NCBI GenBank assembly: GCA_965213685.1
Contig: CBDBZY010000018.1
Location: 352,001 to 416,000, forward strand
From: a bacterium
GTDB taxonomy: Bacteria > UBA8248
Direction of reading: 5' to 3'
DNA: 64,000 nucleotides
Shown: piece by piece, positions 43,877-58,310 of the stretch
Position numbering within the stretch: the first letter of the stretch is position 1
Layout of the letters: each line of letters opens with the position of its first letter
Translations under genes and position numbers: made by a program
Notes under the pieces: generated by a model
What the model saw: only the letters and a program-made list of their open reading frames with translations
The model's database searches: none
Told to the model about the DNA's origin: nothing

Positions 43877-44533
43877 TACACCCCGAATGACATGCATCCA
43901 AACTCAGAATGATGCCTACTCCATATTTATGCTTGAATTGAAATAATGACAGAAAAAAAACCATAGTAACAATGGATTAAAAAGGTACCTTTAACTTGGG
44001 TAATATGAATATATACAGTACAAGGTTCGGTTATATCAGTAAGCTGTTGAGAATAGTATAATGTCCTGTACATTCACAACAGTACACATCATGTGCAATT
44101 CCACTACCATTTTCACCATTCTCTTGATGATCGTTCAGTTTTCTCTTTGACCAAAAACATTTCCTTCCATCTCACTGGCCCCTTCTCCAACCTTATGCCC
44201 TCCTTCCCCTGTGTTCTTAAGCTTGCCATTGTAGTAGTCCTAATCCTTGTTGCTCTCTTTACCTGCATCCCCTTCTTCCCTGTTTCCACTGTCACTTCTT
44301 CCTCCATGCTTACCTTTCTCTGTCCTCCTCCTCCACCTTCTCCTCCTCCTCCTCCTCCTCCTCCTCCTCCTCCTCCTCCTCTTCCTCCTCCTCCTTCTCC
44401 TCCTCCTCCCTTCCTTCCTTCCTTCCTTCTCCTCCTCCTCGTCCTCTTCATTTTCTTCCTTCTCCCACCTCGTCTTCTACCTTCCCCATCCGCCTCCCTC
44501 CCCCACCCCCCCCCCTTCCCTTTTTCTTCACAA

Positions 44534-44907
44534 TTAGCCCTCCCCTTCCACCCCCACCTCCATTTCCTTCCTACTCTTCCTCCATGCCATTCCTCTCTGC
44601 TGTAATGTCTCTTCCAGTTGCTGGGCGAAGTCATTCATTTCAGCATCCTTTAACAGGTCAATGAGTGTGGCCCAGGTGGCTGGCTGCCTACCCCTCCCCT
44701 CCAGCCACTCTTTCATCATCTGAGTGCAGCAGTCTATGGGATTAAATGAATGTTTCTTAGCAATGCAGTCAAGGGTCAGTCCTGTTTCATCAAAGTCAAA
44801 ATATATTCCAAATTTATTCCAGTGTGGTGCAATTGTTTTGATAATTTCTACTCTCTTTCCAGAGGGAGTTTTCAGAAGCATCAATTGCAAGAGGCTTGGC
44901 TTCTGAT
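44534..44907 (-). CDS. Terminal exon encoding a Death domain
   Basis: Phase-1 acceptor after a (CA)n tract; IAPHWNKFGIYFDF...LDCI...DCCTQMMKEWLEGRG..PATWATLIDLLKDAEMNDFAQQL. Confidence 0.88.
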
Positions 44908-44917
44908 CTGTGTGTGT

Positions 44918-44988
<71 letters not shown>

Positions 44989-45061
44989 TGTATGTTTGTG
45001 TGCACGTGCGTGTGCATGTGTGTGTGTGTGCGTGTGTGTGTGCAGCACATAATCCCCTTGT

Positions 45062-45094
<33 letters not shown>

Positions 45095-45754
45095 TTGTAC
45101 TATAGTTATACCACAGTAGTCTGGGCTGTATGGGATACACCAAGGGCAGGAAGTAAGTAGAGCCTGAGGGCTCTAATTAGTTCCTGCAAGAGGTGATCCT
45201 ACACAGCCCAGATTGCCATAGTGTACCTGGTTTGTAGCCCGGTAATAGTCTTAAACCGCTGTGTTTGCCTCGTACTGCCTATGCTATATACTAGCTGTGT
45301 AAGCTGAGTAAGTGTGTGTTAGTAGGCTTTGCTATATGCATGAGCCATACATGTTCCTCTGTTGATTGGTGATTTTATAACTGTCAAAGCCACAGGACAA
45401 TATACATAATTACATATATAAAACTACATATACATTATATATATCCATGCAAACATGCTACAAGTGCATATATGTGCAGTATTCCCAACGCTTATCAACT
45501 GTTGCATTGGTAAAAGTCTCAAACTGCTGTGTTTGCCTCATGCTGCCTGTGCTATATACTAGCTTTGTAAGCTGAGCAAGCGTGTGTTAGTAGGCTATGC
45601 TACATGCATGAGCCATACAGGTTCCTCTGTTGATTGGTGATTTTATAACTGTCAAAGCTACATGACAATATATATAATCACATGTATAAAAGTATTATTA
45701 TATCCACGCAAACATGCTACAAGTGCATATGTGTGCAGTATTCCCAATGCTTAC

Positions 45755-45817
45755 CAACTGTTGGCACATTAGCCAAAGGAGGTTGTGTCGGAGTTGAGGT
45801 GGTGGATGGAGTGCCTC
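45755..45817 (-). CDS. Linker exon (Thr/Pro-rich)
   Basis: 63 bp, phase 1-1, CTGCAG and GTAAGC sites; GGTPSTTSTPTQPPLANVPTV. Confidence 0.72.
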
Positions 45818-45901
45818 CTGCAGAGAGGTACCCAAAGTGATACTAGAGTGCATTTTTGTCAGTGTTGCAAGACAGATGGATAGTAGTGTGTAGAGTCTAA
45901 C

Positions 45902-46085
45902 CTGTGGTAGCTGTATAATGGGTACACATGAGACGTAATGATGCTTGGTTGTGAACACCTCTTAATCCCAGTGTCACATACTTATCCACTGGCTGCCCCT
46001 CTTCTTCTGGCTTGCTAATGATGTCCATTATGATCTGTGGGATTGCTCTTCCAGGTTGATAATCCAAAACAGCAGCCATGTCAAT
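45902..46085 (-). CDS. Post-ZU5 (UPA-like) exon 2
   Basis: TTCTCAG acceptor, GTTAG donor, phase 0-1; IDMAAVLDYQPGRAIPQIIMDI... Confidence 0.75.
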
Positions 46086-46154
46086 CTGAGAAGAGTGCAA
46101 GGTGCGATTCACCATTTACATGAGCACATGATCATACAAATATCTCAAACACAC

Positions 46155-46292
46155 CTTTGATGGCATAATATGCGGAACAACCTCCCACATCAAGCCTGAT
46201 GGTACCTCAAGCCCTACTTCAGATGAGTGTCGGTCAATCATCAATGGAAACTCACTGCAACCTAATGCTGAGTCATAATGATCTCTGACTGC
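46155..46292 (-). CDS. Post-ZU5 (UPA-like) exon 1
   Basis: 138 bp, phase 0-0; AVRDHY...WEVVPHIMPSK. Confidence 0.75.
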
Positions 46293-46356
46293 CTGCATGG
46301 GCAGAGATATATATGCTATAGCACATGTACTGAGAGTAAATTATTATTATACTCAC

Positions 46357-46871
46357 ATTGATATGGGATTGAAGGTTCTTGGTCACAACAAAACTCGCCA
46401 TATTATTCTGAAGGTAATAGATACTGGCAGAGAAGGGAATAGCATAACCCATCCACCACCATATAACTGCTAACATAGAAAAATGCGTGAGCTGAATTTC
46501 TGCATAAGATGATCCTCTCATAAAACTTCCTCCAGTCAGTGGATGAAACTTGTATGGAGGCCCTTTTGCAGTGTCAGCAACCACAAAGGTTATTGCTGAT
46601 GCTTCCTCTTTACTCTCCATTGGAACACAGTGTTGGAGCCTAACAGTCACTGGCTCTGGAAATGGCTCATTAGCGGATATATCATAGACTGCACTCACCA
46701 GCTCACTGCCCTCAGGGAATAAGTAGTTATCAGCATTGGTTGAGAGTACACTAATGGTTCCCTCTATGTGGACTTCAGAGGTGGAGGAGAAATGCAACTC
46801 AATTCCGTAATCTTTCCACAGAAGGTGATCCTCCTTTCCAGTGTATGTAAATGACAACTGCTTGTACACAT
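46357..46871 (-). CDS. ZU5 domain exon
   Basis: WKDYGIELHF...FPEGSELVSAVYDI...PVTVRLQHC...GGSF...AEIQLTHFS; phase-1 acceptor, GTGAGT donor. Confidence 0.88.
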
Positions 46872-47237
46872 CTGTAAGAATATAGTACAGAAGAAATAAT
46901 CATCTACCATTGAAAGAAGAGACAACAACTGCTTCCTATGAATGTAAAAATTATGTTTGAGATATAAGTAAGTCCCTCAGAACTGTCCCAGACATTGCAT
47001 TGGGACAGATTGCAGTGAGTTAGGATATTTCATGTTTAAGTAATCTTTCGAAGATAGACAGTAACACATCTATGTAATCAAAAAGAGTGTAAGGTATTTC
47101 CTTGAGAATACGGAGGAAGGGCATCAATAAGACTAGGAATAGCACACGAAGTGACCCCCCCCCCAAAAATGGACAAAGTCAGCACACCCATTTTTCCACA
47201 ACCAACTTGTTATTATGAAATAGCAGCTATAGAGGTG

Positions 47238-47624
47238 CATAGGCTCCAACTTCTCCAGTGCAGCTACTGGGACCAAAACTAATTATAAAAATCACACCCA
47301 CTAACTATTTATACTCCGCCCATACTACGCCTTTAAACACTAATGACCACGCCTTTTTTAATGACTGGGCACGTCCAGCGATAAGATTGTTCGTAGTCCC
47401 GGACTGCATATAGAGTAGCTGGCTACTCCTAGTTAACAGTAGCCAATAGGTCTACACGTGGTATGGCTCATTCTGATCACCTGTAGTAAAAAGCGCGATA
47501 TAGTACAACTGACCAGTTTACTTCCGGGACAAACTATAGGACTCAAGTAAGGCCTTCTGGGACCCGGGACAAGGGTAAGAAATCTGGGACTGTCCCAGAG
47601 ATTCCGGGACAGTTGGAGCCTATG
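47238..47624. mobile_element. hAT-like MITE with 6-bp TSD
   Basis: GAGGTG|CATAGGCTCCAACT...AGTTGGAGCCTATG|GAGGTG; internal CCGGGAC repeats. Confidence 0.78.
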
Positions 47625-49547
47625 GAGGTGTCCTTTTGTGTACCTTTTTTGAATAGAATTCAGCGCACTAGACTACATTTTGAGGTTCACCCATCTATTG
47701 CTTGTATTTTGACTGCATAACATCAAGACATTAATAAAGTGTGACAAAATTTGGAGACCTCTGGTGCTTTCTACACTGCTGCAAATCCCACAATCACTAG
47801 CTTAGCTAGCCTTCTGTACCCAGATTGGGTGAAAATCTAGCTGTACATGCAGGACAAGTTAGCAGCTACTCAATGGCCTGGTCTATAATCAAAAGGTATA
47901 TGCCTGTCAGGATGGAATTTAGAGGTTCATAATCACTAATCAAAGCTGTTAGAGTTGAGTTTGAAATCTTACATTCCTTTCCCCTTTTCTCTTCATTTGC
48001 TTGCCTTTCCCTTTTCCACATGCCTCTCTACTCCTTCTATTCTCCACTACACTTAGTGCATGTCAGAGGCAGCAATGGGTTAGAAACAATGGGGGAGTGA
48101 GTTGTGCATGCTGCAAAAAAATTAATATTCATGAGATTGGCGGGGGGGGGGCGGGAGGGGAGGGTTTCGCACTGGAGCATGCACTATTGCTTTGGCTAGT
48201 AAAGCTTTCTTTGAGTTACCTAGGGGACTTGCTGGCTATTCAGCCAGTCTGGTAGTATGAAAGTGAGACTTGACTCAAAACTGAAACCACCCACTACATA
48301 GACGAAACATATGCCACCCATTTTGCGTCAGACCAGTCACTCCCCTTGGTAAGTGGCGCTAGCGAGGTGGTACGGCCAAGCAATACACTCTACTTCTGCT
48401 ACTTAGTAAGTAGGTATCTGCTGTGAAAATCGTTTAGACGTTACTGTGTAAGGCTGGTGAGATATTAGTCATTGCTATATTTAGCCATGATCACTCCCTT
48501 GTTCTAGAGCTAGCCATGCACCTAGAGGCATAGCCTTCCACTTTGGGAGGGGGACAAGGCCCCCCTTCTACTACATTGGAGGCCTGCCCCCCCTGCTCCG
48601 CTGCCCCTGCATGTATAATAATTCTAAAAATTGTCAAGTGTACAAATTTATAGTTCAAAGAAGGAAAGAGAACAAAAAAGAAAGAGAAGGTAGGAAGGTT
48701 GAAAGGAAAGAGAAAAGAGGAACTAGTGCTTTATCACTAGCCCTGAGCTAATTATTCACTCAATTTTGCCTATTATTCAAATATTGCATTCTTTTGCCTA
48801 TTAATCAAGCTAGCAATGCCTGGAATTCAAATATATTGTACTGTTATTCCACTGAAAGTTTACCAAAAGGAATGCAGTGAAGGTCATCACCATATAACAA
48901 CAAACTTGAAAGTCAGCACAACAAAACCAAAAATGATGAAATGGCCATAAGAAAAAATCTACCAATTTTTAATGCAACATTAATGATGCTTCTTGAAGTG
49001 GCGAATTCTGTCTCTCAGGCTCCAAAGGAGTGCGAACCTATATGTGGCAGACGATTGCTGCGAGACTAAGCCCTTTCCACGTGCCCATTTTCCAGCCAGT
49101 GGCAGGTTGCAATCGCCCTTATGTACAAGTGAGGTCGGAGGCTGTTGGCAACCTTAGGGCATCTAGGATTGACAAACGACTCTCAGTCTGCTCTTCAGTG
49201 GCGGCTATCAGCCCCACTAACAACATGCTCAAGTCCAGGTCAAAGGTTACCTGTGTTTTTGCGCATGCATGGAATAAAATTCTACACAGATTATTTAACA
49301 AGTAAAAAGTGGCCCTGTTTTTCAAATTTTATTCGCGAATAATTAGCACAGGTTTGTTTATCACAGCCTGCATGTACATGCACACAACCTCTAGTAGGCA
49401 AGACAAATAAGAAAGGTCCTGTAAGTGTGCACTGTAAAACTACAAGACTACATTGTACCATTATTAGCATGTGGAAACAATACACTACTGAAGGGCAGAC
49501 AAACACCATACACTGCATGTATGGTGATTGGCGATAGTAGCTCTTAC

Positions 49548-49622
49548 CACACTCTATCTTATCTGTGAACATTTCCTCTGACTGTCCCACATCTGCTGCC
49601 TCATGCAGCTCACAAAAGTCTC
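49548..49622 (-). CDS. Acidic linker exon between COR and ZU5
   Basis: 75 bp, phase 1-1, TTTTAG and GTAAGA sites; GDFCELHEAADVGQSEEMFTDKIEC. Confidence 0.65.
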
Positions 49623-49630
49623 CTAAAAGC

Positions 49631-50531
<901 letters not shown>

Positions 50532-50579
50532 GGATGTTCCAGTGAATGTTACAAGATATGCTACCCATAAGACACTAAC

Positions 50580-52661
50580 CTGTCTCAAGATCTGCCTGGA
50601 CCGGCAGCCAGAGCTTCTGCTTGTGGGTGAGTGTCCCTTTCACAGTTGCATCTTCTGCACACACCCATGACTTGTGGTCAGGGAACACCACTGCCAGGTG
50701 AGGGAATGGTTTGTCACAGTGACAATCAAAGCCCATTCCGTGTCTTACACTTAATGAAAGTTCACTACACACAACTCTTATTCCCTGGCTTATGTCATCC
50801 CAGATCAGAGGTAGGAGCTCAGGGGAGAAATTACCATCTGCGTACACAGAGTAATGGGTGTCATCGTCGATCAGAGTTATTCCACCATCATACTCTGCCA
50901 ACGTGAAGTGTAGCTCATTCTTGTAAAGGCGGGTTGGCTCTTCTGAGTGGTGAAGGGGAATCTCCCACTGGAATATGCCACGAGAGGACCTCATGTACAC
51001 TATGAGGCAGCACAGGACACCACTAGGAACATGCCTACTGGAAAATTTGATTCTTAGAGCAGCGGCAGCACCACCACTGGGCCTTACAATTTCACTGGAT
51101 TCACGGCTGTCCAACAAGGAGGGCATGAAATACTTGGTGTCGTTTTCCTCCTGGACAGGAGCAATTATTAACAAGTGTTCCAGCACTTTAATAAGTGTAT
51201 CCACTGCCACTCTTTCACCTTCACTGGTGATTTCTGATTGCAGGGATTGGAGGAAGCTGGATGTGATCAGGGCCTGGTTTCGGAGTCTTATCATCTCTTC
51301 TGATTGAACATCACCTTCTGGAGCATCCATAGCTTCAATGCTTCTTTCAAGCACAGTGGTCATCCAGTCAAGTAGGGCCATGGGGTCAACAAAGATCACC
51401 TCCTTCTCCACTGCTGGGAAGTAGAACATCAGGTTGACAGCATGAAAGAACTGCAAGGCTACTTCCATGGCCTCTTCAGATTTAAACATCAGCTGCTGAG
51501 CGATGACCCAGCACTTTGCTCTGCTCACAATTCTGCCTGCTCTCCGCAGTTCCACCTCCAGCAGGTAATAGCCGAGGGGGTACTTGAGTCGTATGCTCTG
51601 CCCACAGCTTTCAACCATCTGCAGGAGCTCCTCTGCCATTGGGTCTCGTGGGATTCCTGGACCAGACCCAGCATTGTTAACAGCGTGGATGATCTCATTG
51701 TGGGAATACTTAATGAGATACTTCGTAAATCTTTCCAGCAATGCTGCCAGCTTACGATTCTTGTCTTCCAATGATTCACCTGATGCATGAATTTTGTCCT
51801 TGAATGTGCCGATCACCATACTTTTTGGGTGCTTCGGCTGCTTCTCAACAAAGGACATTGGTAGCTGCGAATGCTGACACTGTGTCATTTGCATGCACCG
51901 CATTACTAGCTCTGCATTTGTCAGAGTGAAGTGGCCAAGACTGTAGTTGGCTCCATTTGGTGCAAAATAGTCCACAGTTGGACGATCATCTAGCTTATCG
52001 GAGAGCTTGAACAATGGTAGCCGAAGAAATGCATTCTTCATCAGAATAGGGATCATCTCCATGAATTGTGGTTGGCCACCGCAGTCCACAAACAGGAGGA
52101 AGTGGGTCTTCAGTACCTCTCTGGACCCCTTCATCTTTATCATCTTTTGAGCGATCTCAGCTGTGCGTGGGAGAATATCTGCCCTGGAAGCTGCAGAGGG
52201 TGTGGCCTTAATTTGAGATGTGGCAGATACTGCAGTAACTCGCTTGCTGTTGACAGCCTCCCCTTCTTCCTTTGGCAGCTGCTGAGGATTGGCTTGTGCT
52301 TCATTGCTGCTGGGCTCAGGCTGGCCTATTTGCTGGCTGCTGACTTGTACTACTGAAGTGCTTGGCTCTTCTTCTGTGATGGAGACACCAGCTGAAAGAT
52401 TCTCGGCTATCATGTCCACCATATCTGAAGGACTTATTTGCCGACACTTAAGGTGCTGTCCATCCACCTTTTCCATGATGAACCTCTTGGCCTGTTCCAT
52501 GCAGGCTGTGCTGGTACGAGCAGGTGGTAGGGTCTCGTTGCATAGGAAATGCCCCAGAGACGTCTTCCCCACACCAGGAGCACCGCTAACAGCACATATG
52601 GTGTAGTCTGCCAAAACGTGACCCTTCTGTAGTTGTCGCAGTAATTCCTGAGTGAATATGT
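50580..52661 (-). CDS. Roc GTPase-COR domain exon (Roco family)
   Basis: P-loop GAPGVGKTS, switch I RTST, G3 DCGGQPQF, G4 IGTFKD, G5 VNN; COR motifs ALQFFHAVNLMFYF, VIFVDP, YFMPSLL, PSGVLCCL. Phase-1 acceptor (GAACAG) and donor (GTTAGT). Confidence 0.92.
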
Positions 52662-52819
52662 CTGTTCATGTAAAAGGAAGTAGCAATACTAACGGTAAGG
52701 GCAGGCAAGAGCCAATATAATTGCTAAGTGTAGTAAGCAGTTGCGGCACTGCCTGCACTTTATATATATTCACACTATAATTTTTGGGGGGTTATTCCGA
52801 TGTCATAGTATTGTGTTTA

Positions 52820-53300
52820 CAGCGCAGTAGTGTGATTGTCCGCCGTTACTGCATGGCGTTTCGAACAGCACGGTCGTAAAAACAGCGTTCGTATTCGCAC
52901 TCTCCGCGGTCTTCCGCAGGTTGGGCGTGGCCTGCTTTGGCCTCTGCCTTCGCAGCTGCGCCTTTGGAAATAGCAGAACGCCTATATATGAGGGCTTTAC
53001 GTCCCTTGGCGTGTTGAAGGAAGTAGTGCAGGCATCAACGCAGCATATAGCGCATGCGGAACGAGGTTGCACGTGACATTTCGCTCATGGGCGATTATTG
53101 ACTTTTTACTCACACCCTGAGGGTCGAGGTTCACAATTAAGACCATCTTGAAGCTGGCAACAGGTGTCAAACAACGTGAAGAAGGACGATCGCGCGCTTC
53201 ATGAGCGGCCAGAATGATTACTGACGCCGAACTCAGAACAACTGAGGGTACGGACAATGGACTGCCTTTATCCGAAACCCTCACAGAGCAAGATTGTAAG
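52820..53300. promoter_or_regulatory. CpG-rich segment with divergent candidate first exons
   Basis: Minus ATG near 53146 (MVLIVNLDPQ, donor near 53115); plus-strand donor GTAAGT near 53296. Confidence 0.35.
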
Positions 53301-53378
53301 TATAGTATCTATGAATTGCGTGGAAACTTCATCGCTAAACTCCAAGTTGTGACCAAGCCTTCGTTTGGCTCTATCATG

Positions 53379-53608
53379 CATTGGCGTATGAGGCATAAAT
53401 ATTGGGGAGGCTGACAGAGCGCAAAGCCTTTAAACACTTTGGGGAGGAGCTTATTATTATATGTCAACAAGAATCAGGCCTAAAATATTGGGAGTACTCT
53501 GCCCCATCCAGAAAAATATTGGGGGGGCTCTGCCCCCTCCAGAAAAATATTGGGGGGGGCTCCAGCCCTCCAGCCCCCCCCCCCCCTCCCCCCCTTCCTA
53601 CGTCTATG
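53379..53608. mobile_element. hAT-type MITE
   Basis: CATTGGCGTA...TACGTCTATG termini, AATATTGGGGGGGCT repeats, imperfect 8-bp TSD (CTATCATG/CTATGAGG). Confidence 0.65.
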
Positions 53609-53612
53609 CTAT

Positions 53613-53982
53613 GAGGTCCCCAGTTGAATCCTGGGTGGCTGCTGGTTTTTCACAGTTCTGTAAAATATTCCCAAGCCTTTCCTCATGTATAACGTAGCTT
53701 GTGTGTAGTGTTCAGTGGCTCCCTAGAGGGAGACCCAGCTTCACATGTTCTGCTATGAATACATGTATTTCACTCAGTGTGGTTCCTCCCCTGATGGAGA
53801 GGAGTTACCGGTTGATCCCTAGCACATACAGACTGATATTGAGAATTGTGAGTGCTGGCTGTCACCCAGTGGCCATAGCTCAGGTGGTAGAGACAGCTAA
53901 AGTTAGAGGCCCCGGTTCTATCCTGGGTGGCTGCCCGTTTTTCACAGTTCTCTAAAAATATTCCCAAGCCTTTCCTCATGTA
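53613..53982 (+). mobile_element. Partial-tandem repeat with degenerate tRNA-like unit (family 3)
   Basis: About 77-bp direct repeats at 53613-53689 and 53906-53982; TAGCTCAGGTGGTAGAG A box, GGTTCTATCC B box, T-run. Confidence 0.65.
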
Positions 53983-54011
53983 ACTGCTTTGCTGTGCAAT
54001 TTTCAAGCTGC

Positions 54012-54210
<199 letters not shown>

Positions 54211-54504
54211 CACCAAGATAATTTCATCTGCATCTCTCTCTCTCTAACGAGAAAAGCCGAGTGGATGAACTGGCTTAACTCACAAGCCTCACAGAATTGG
54301 TTTTCGACTGAAACAAGATAAAGGTACAGATGACCACACCCACTGGGTGGAGTGAATATGGAGGGCCACCTGCAGTGATAGAGCCTCCGTTCAGGTGAGT
54401 GAGTGGTAGAGCATCCCCCCACTTTCCTCTTCATCTGTCCCCCTCCCTCCTTCCATCCCTCCCTCTCCTCCCTCCCTTTCTCCCTCCCTCCCTCTCTGAC
54501 TCAG

Positions 54505-55825
54505 GCTTTGAAGTCTCTTCCCTACCCCTACTCTACCACTTAGAGTGGCACTACCTGGGAGGAAACAAGATCCAGGTAGCCACCCACCTTCCTTCCCACC
54601 CTCTCCCTCCCTCTCTCCCTCTCCCTTCCCTTGTTCTTTCTACCCTTTCCTCTCACTGTCTCCCTCCCTCCCTCCCTCCCTCTCTCCTCTCTCCCTCCAT
54701 TCCTCCCTCCCTCTCTCCCTCTCTCCTCTCTCCCTCCCTCCCTCCCTCCCTTTCTCTACCCTCCCTCCCTCCCTCCCCACCTTGGCACCTTCCCCCACAC
54801 AAACTCTCCAACACATACATACTTGTATGACAATTCCTAAACCACAAGCCACTGCTGTCTTCCTAATAAGGCACACCATAGAGCCACCAATTGTGTGTGT
54901 GCATGTTCTGAGGAGCTTCAGTGTATGTGTGTGCATGTGTGTGCATGGAGGGGAAACAGAGGAGGGGTAGGGGGTCTCTGTCCTTGCACTCATTTCTAGA
55001 CAGGGTGCATGCATATATGCCATCCGCAACTGGAGAGCACTGGTCTGGGAACCAGACTCACCATTTGAAGATTGTTTACAAACTAGAGCAAGAAGATTAG
55101 TTGGTGAATGAGCCTCACTCATTATCATGATGAGTACTGCTCTACTGTGTGCAAGTGAGCTCTAAATTGTGAGTCTGGTTCCCAGACCAGTGCTCTCCAT
55201 TCGTGGACCAAGTTCTCCTCATAGTGCATGCATGTGCACCATGTCTGGAAACAAGTGCAAAGTCTGAGAATGAGGCTGCAGAGGGTGATCAGAGTGGGCA
55301 TTTCGTGATGGCAAGTCTTCCAGTGTTCTCCGCAGAGTCACTCTCTCAATATGTGTGTACATGTATGCTTAATTAGCTAGTCAAGTATTCCAGTTGAGTC
55401 CAGTGTTTCTACACTTCCATTCTGTTTGCCTATCTGTCTGTCTCTGTCTCCCCGTCCATCTGTTTGTCTGTTCTGCTGTCCCTATTGGAACTCTCTCTGC
55501 CTTTCATATTTCTTTTCCTTCTCCCCACAGAGCAAGTATAGATGTGCCACTTCATTTTGATGGTGGGTCAGTGGAATCTCCCGACTACAAGTGTGGCTAC
55601 AAGTAGACTGCAGGCAAGTATAGCAGCTTTTCATGCAGCCACAGACAGCAAGTGGTGGCTATCCTCTCAGAGTGAGTGGTTCTGGTGAGATACATGTTCA
55701 CTGCACACCTCAATCACTGATACTTGGCCACTGCAGTGGCTGTTCTCAGCTGCATTGACGGGTGGGAAGAGACAGTGAGGAAGGAATTACTGAAGCTGAG
55801 ACAAGAAACATTGTTGATGTCATGA
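54505..55825 (+). pseudogene. Remnant of an LRR-containing gene (copy 1)
   Basis: Exon-like 54505-54575 (LYHLEWHYLGGNKIQ), 55531-55613 (VPLHFDGGSVESPDYKCGYK, in-frame TAG) and 55737-55825 (VAVLSCIDGWEETVRKELLKLR...stop). Confidence 0.5.
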
Positions 55826-56646
55826 CTGCTTTTAAATTCATTGTGAATGAATACTGTTATGTACATGTAATTTCTCCTGCTTCCTCTGCCACTTCCTGCG
55901 CGCGCAACATACCCACGTACGCGGTTCACAGTGGAGTTTAACTCCATGAGTACTGATATACCATAGATAATGCACTCGTGTGAATAGCACATATCCTGTG
56001 GTACGTGCGTGTGTTGATGCGTAGCTCCACGGGCAAAGCGGTTATGGAACAGTGGCTGTTTCCAAAGTGATCCAAATCAACGCGTGAAGACGTGAACTTC
56101 CAACATGTTAGAGAGACTTACAATGATGTAAGACGATCTTCCAGCTTGCTGCCCTCACAGCTGCGCCTTTGGAAATAGCACAACGCTTATTGGGGCGAGC
56201 CTTAAGGTGACGGGGTATGTAACGGCTAATTAAATATTCATCAACTTTATGTAGCGCTACTGACCAGAAGAATTAAGTTACAGAGCTTTGTAAGGCAACA
56301 TTCGAAAGGTCAAGGAATGCACTTTTATACACACACCTTTACAAGACCTGTTCACAACACAGGAATGTAGAATTGAAGCATGAAAAGCGAGTAGTGAGAA
56401 GTGTTTTCCACGTCAATTCTAGCCACAGTCACACTGTGGTAGCTGCGCAAACCAACACATACCGTTTGCTGTTGATCCCCACCAGGGCTAGAATCACCTC
56501 GTTCGCTTTATATGCAAGCGGTGGCTATGTGAGGGTCTCGTTTCCCCCGCGCGCGCTGATATTCTTCGCGATCTTTACAGTTCAGCAGCGTGTAGTTGCT
56601 AAACCGTAGTTGTATTGACGAAATTTTTACATTCCTGCCCTAGCCC

Positions 56647-56715
56647 TAGTCTCGCGAGCCACCGTGTACGCATGCGCGCGTGCGTACACGGAAATACGTC
56701 TGGCTCGCGAGACTA
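56647..56715. mobile_element. 69-bp Academ-like MITE
   Basis: CCC|TAGTCTCGCGAGCCA...TGGCTCGCGAGACTA|CCC; absent from the copy at about 21415. Confidence 0.8.
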
Positions 56716-56744
56716 CCCTAGCCCTGTGTCCTAGCCCTGTGTCT

Positions 56745-57672
<928 letters not shown>

Positions 57673-57779
57673 TATTATTATTATTATAGGAATACGAGCA
57701 ATGTACGGTCCAAATTTGCCTGAAGCGAGCAAAAATTGACGTGGAAAAGTTGCGTTGCCCGTAAATCGCCACCTTATAG

Positions 57780-58310
57780 CTTAACGAACCCCACCCGGTC
57801 TGCGCTGTATGTATCGTACTTTTGTCACCTTGTGAAGGCGCATGCGTACGATTTAAATTCAAAAGCGGCACGTGGTAAATGACATCGAAGTTCATCACAT
57901 TGAAGTTCAAAGGTCGACATGTGTGCAACAACTGACTCTTGGCGGCAGCGTCGCATCATGAACCCGGAGCAGAGAAGAGAAGCAAGGCTGAGCCGTAGAA
58001 GAGAAGGCGAGAGAGAACGTTGCGCCCTCCGAAACTGCTGAGGAAAGGGAAACGCGGTTATGTAAGCGATGAGCGAGAGATAGAGCTCGACGTGCCTCGT
58101 AGATCGCTATTCAGCGGAAGAGGGACTTACAGCAGAGAAGAGAGCAGGTGCTACGTGAGACTGTAGAGGAAAGAGAGATCCGCCTTCAGCGAATGCGCCG
58201 TAATGAGATTGGCTTCTGAGACACAAGAGGAGAGGGAGACCCGCCTTCAACGAATGCTGGCATCTGAGACTCCTGAGGACAGACGCTGAACTCAGAACGA
58301 ACTCCTGAGG
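57780..58310 (+). mobile_element. Degenerate Helitron-like 5' fragment with STPR-type repeats
   Basis: From ATG 57958: MNPEQRREARLSRRRE, ETAEERETRL, ETVEEREIRLQR, ETQEERETRLQR, with frameshifts and stops. A possible element start (TTATTGGGGCGAGC) lies at about 56188, before the Kolobok insertion. Confidence 0.55.

Noticed and set aside
44093-44634. Poly-Pro / poly-Gly ORFs next to the Death domain stop
   Set aside because: (CCT)n low-complexity sequence in the presumed 3' UTR.
47973-48046. Possible extra basic exon (VENRRSREACGKGKGKQMKRKGERN) of the Roc-COR gene
   Set aside because: Phase 1-0 with no compensating exon found; the model splices in frame without it.
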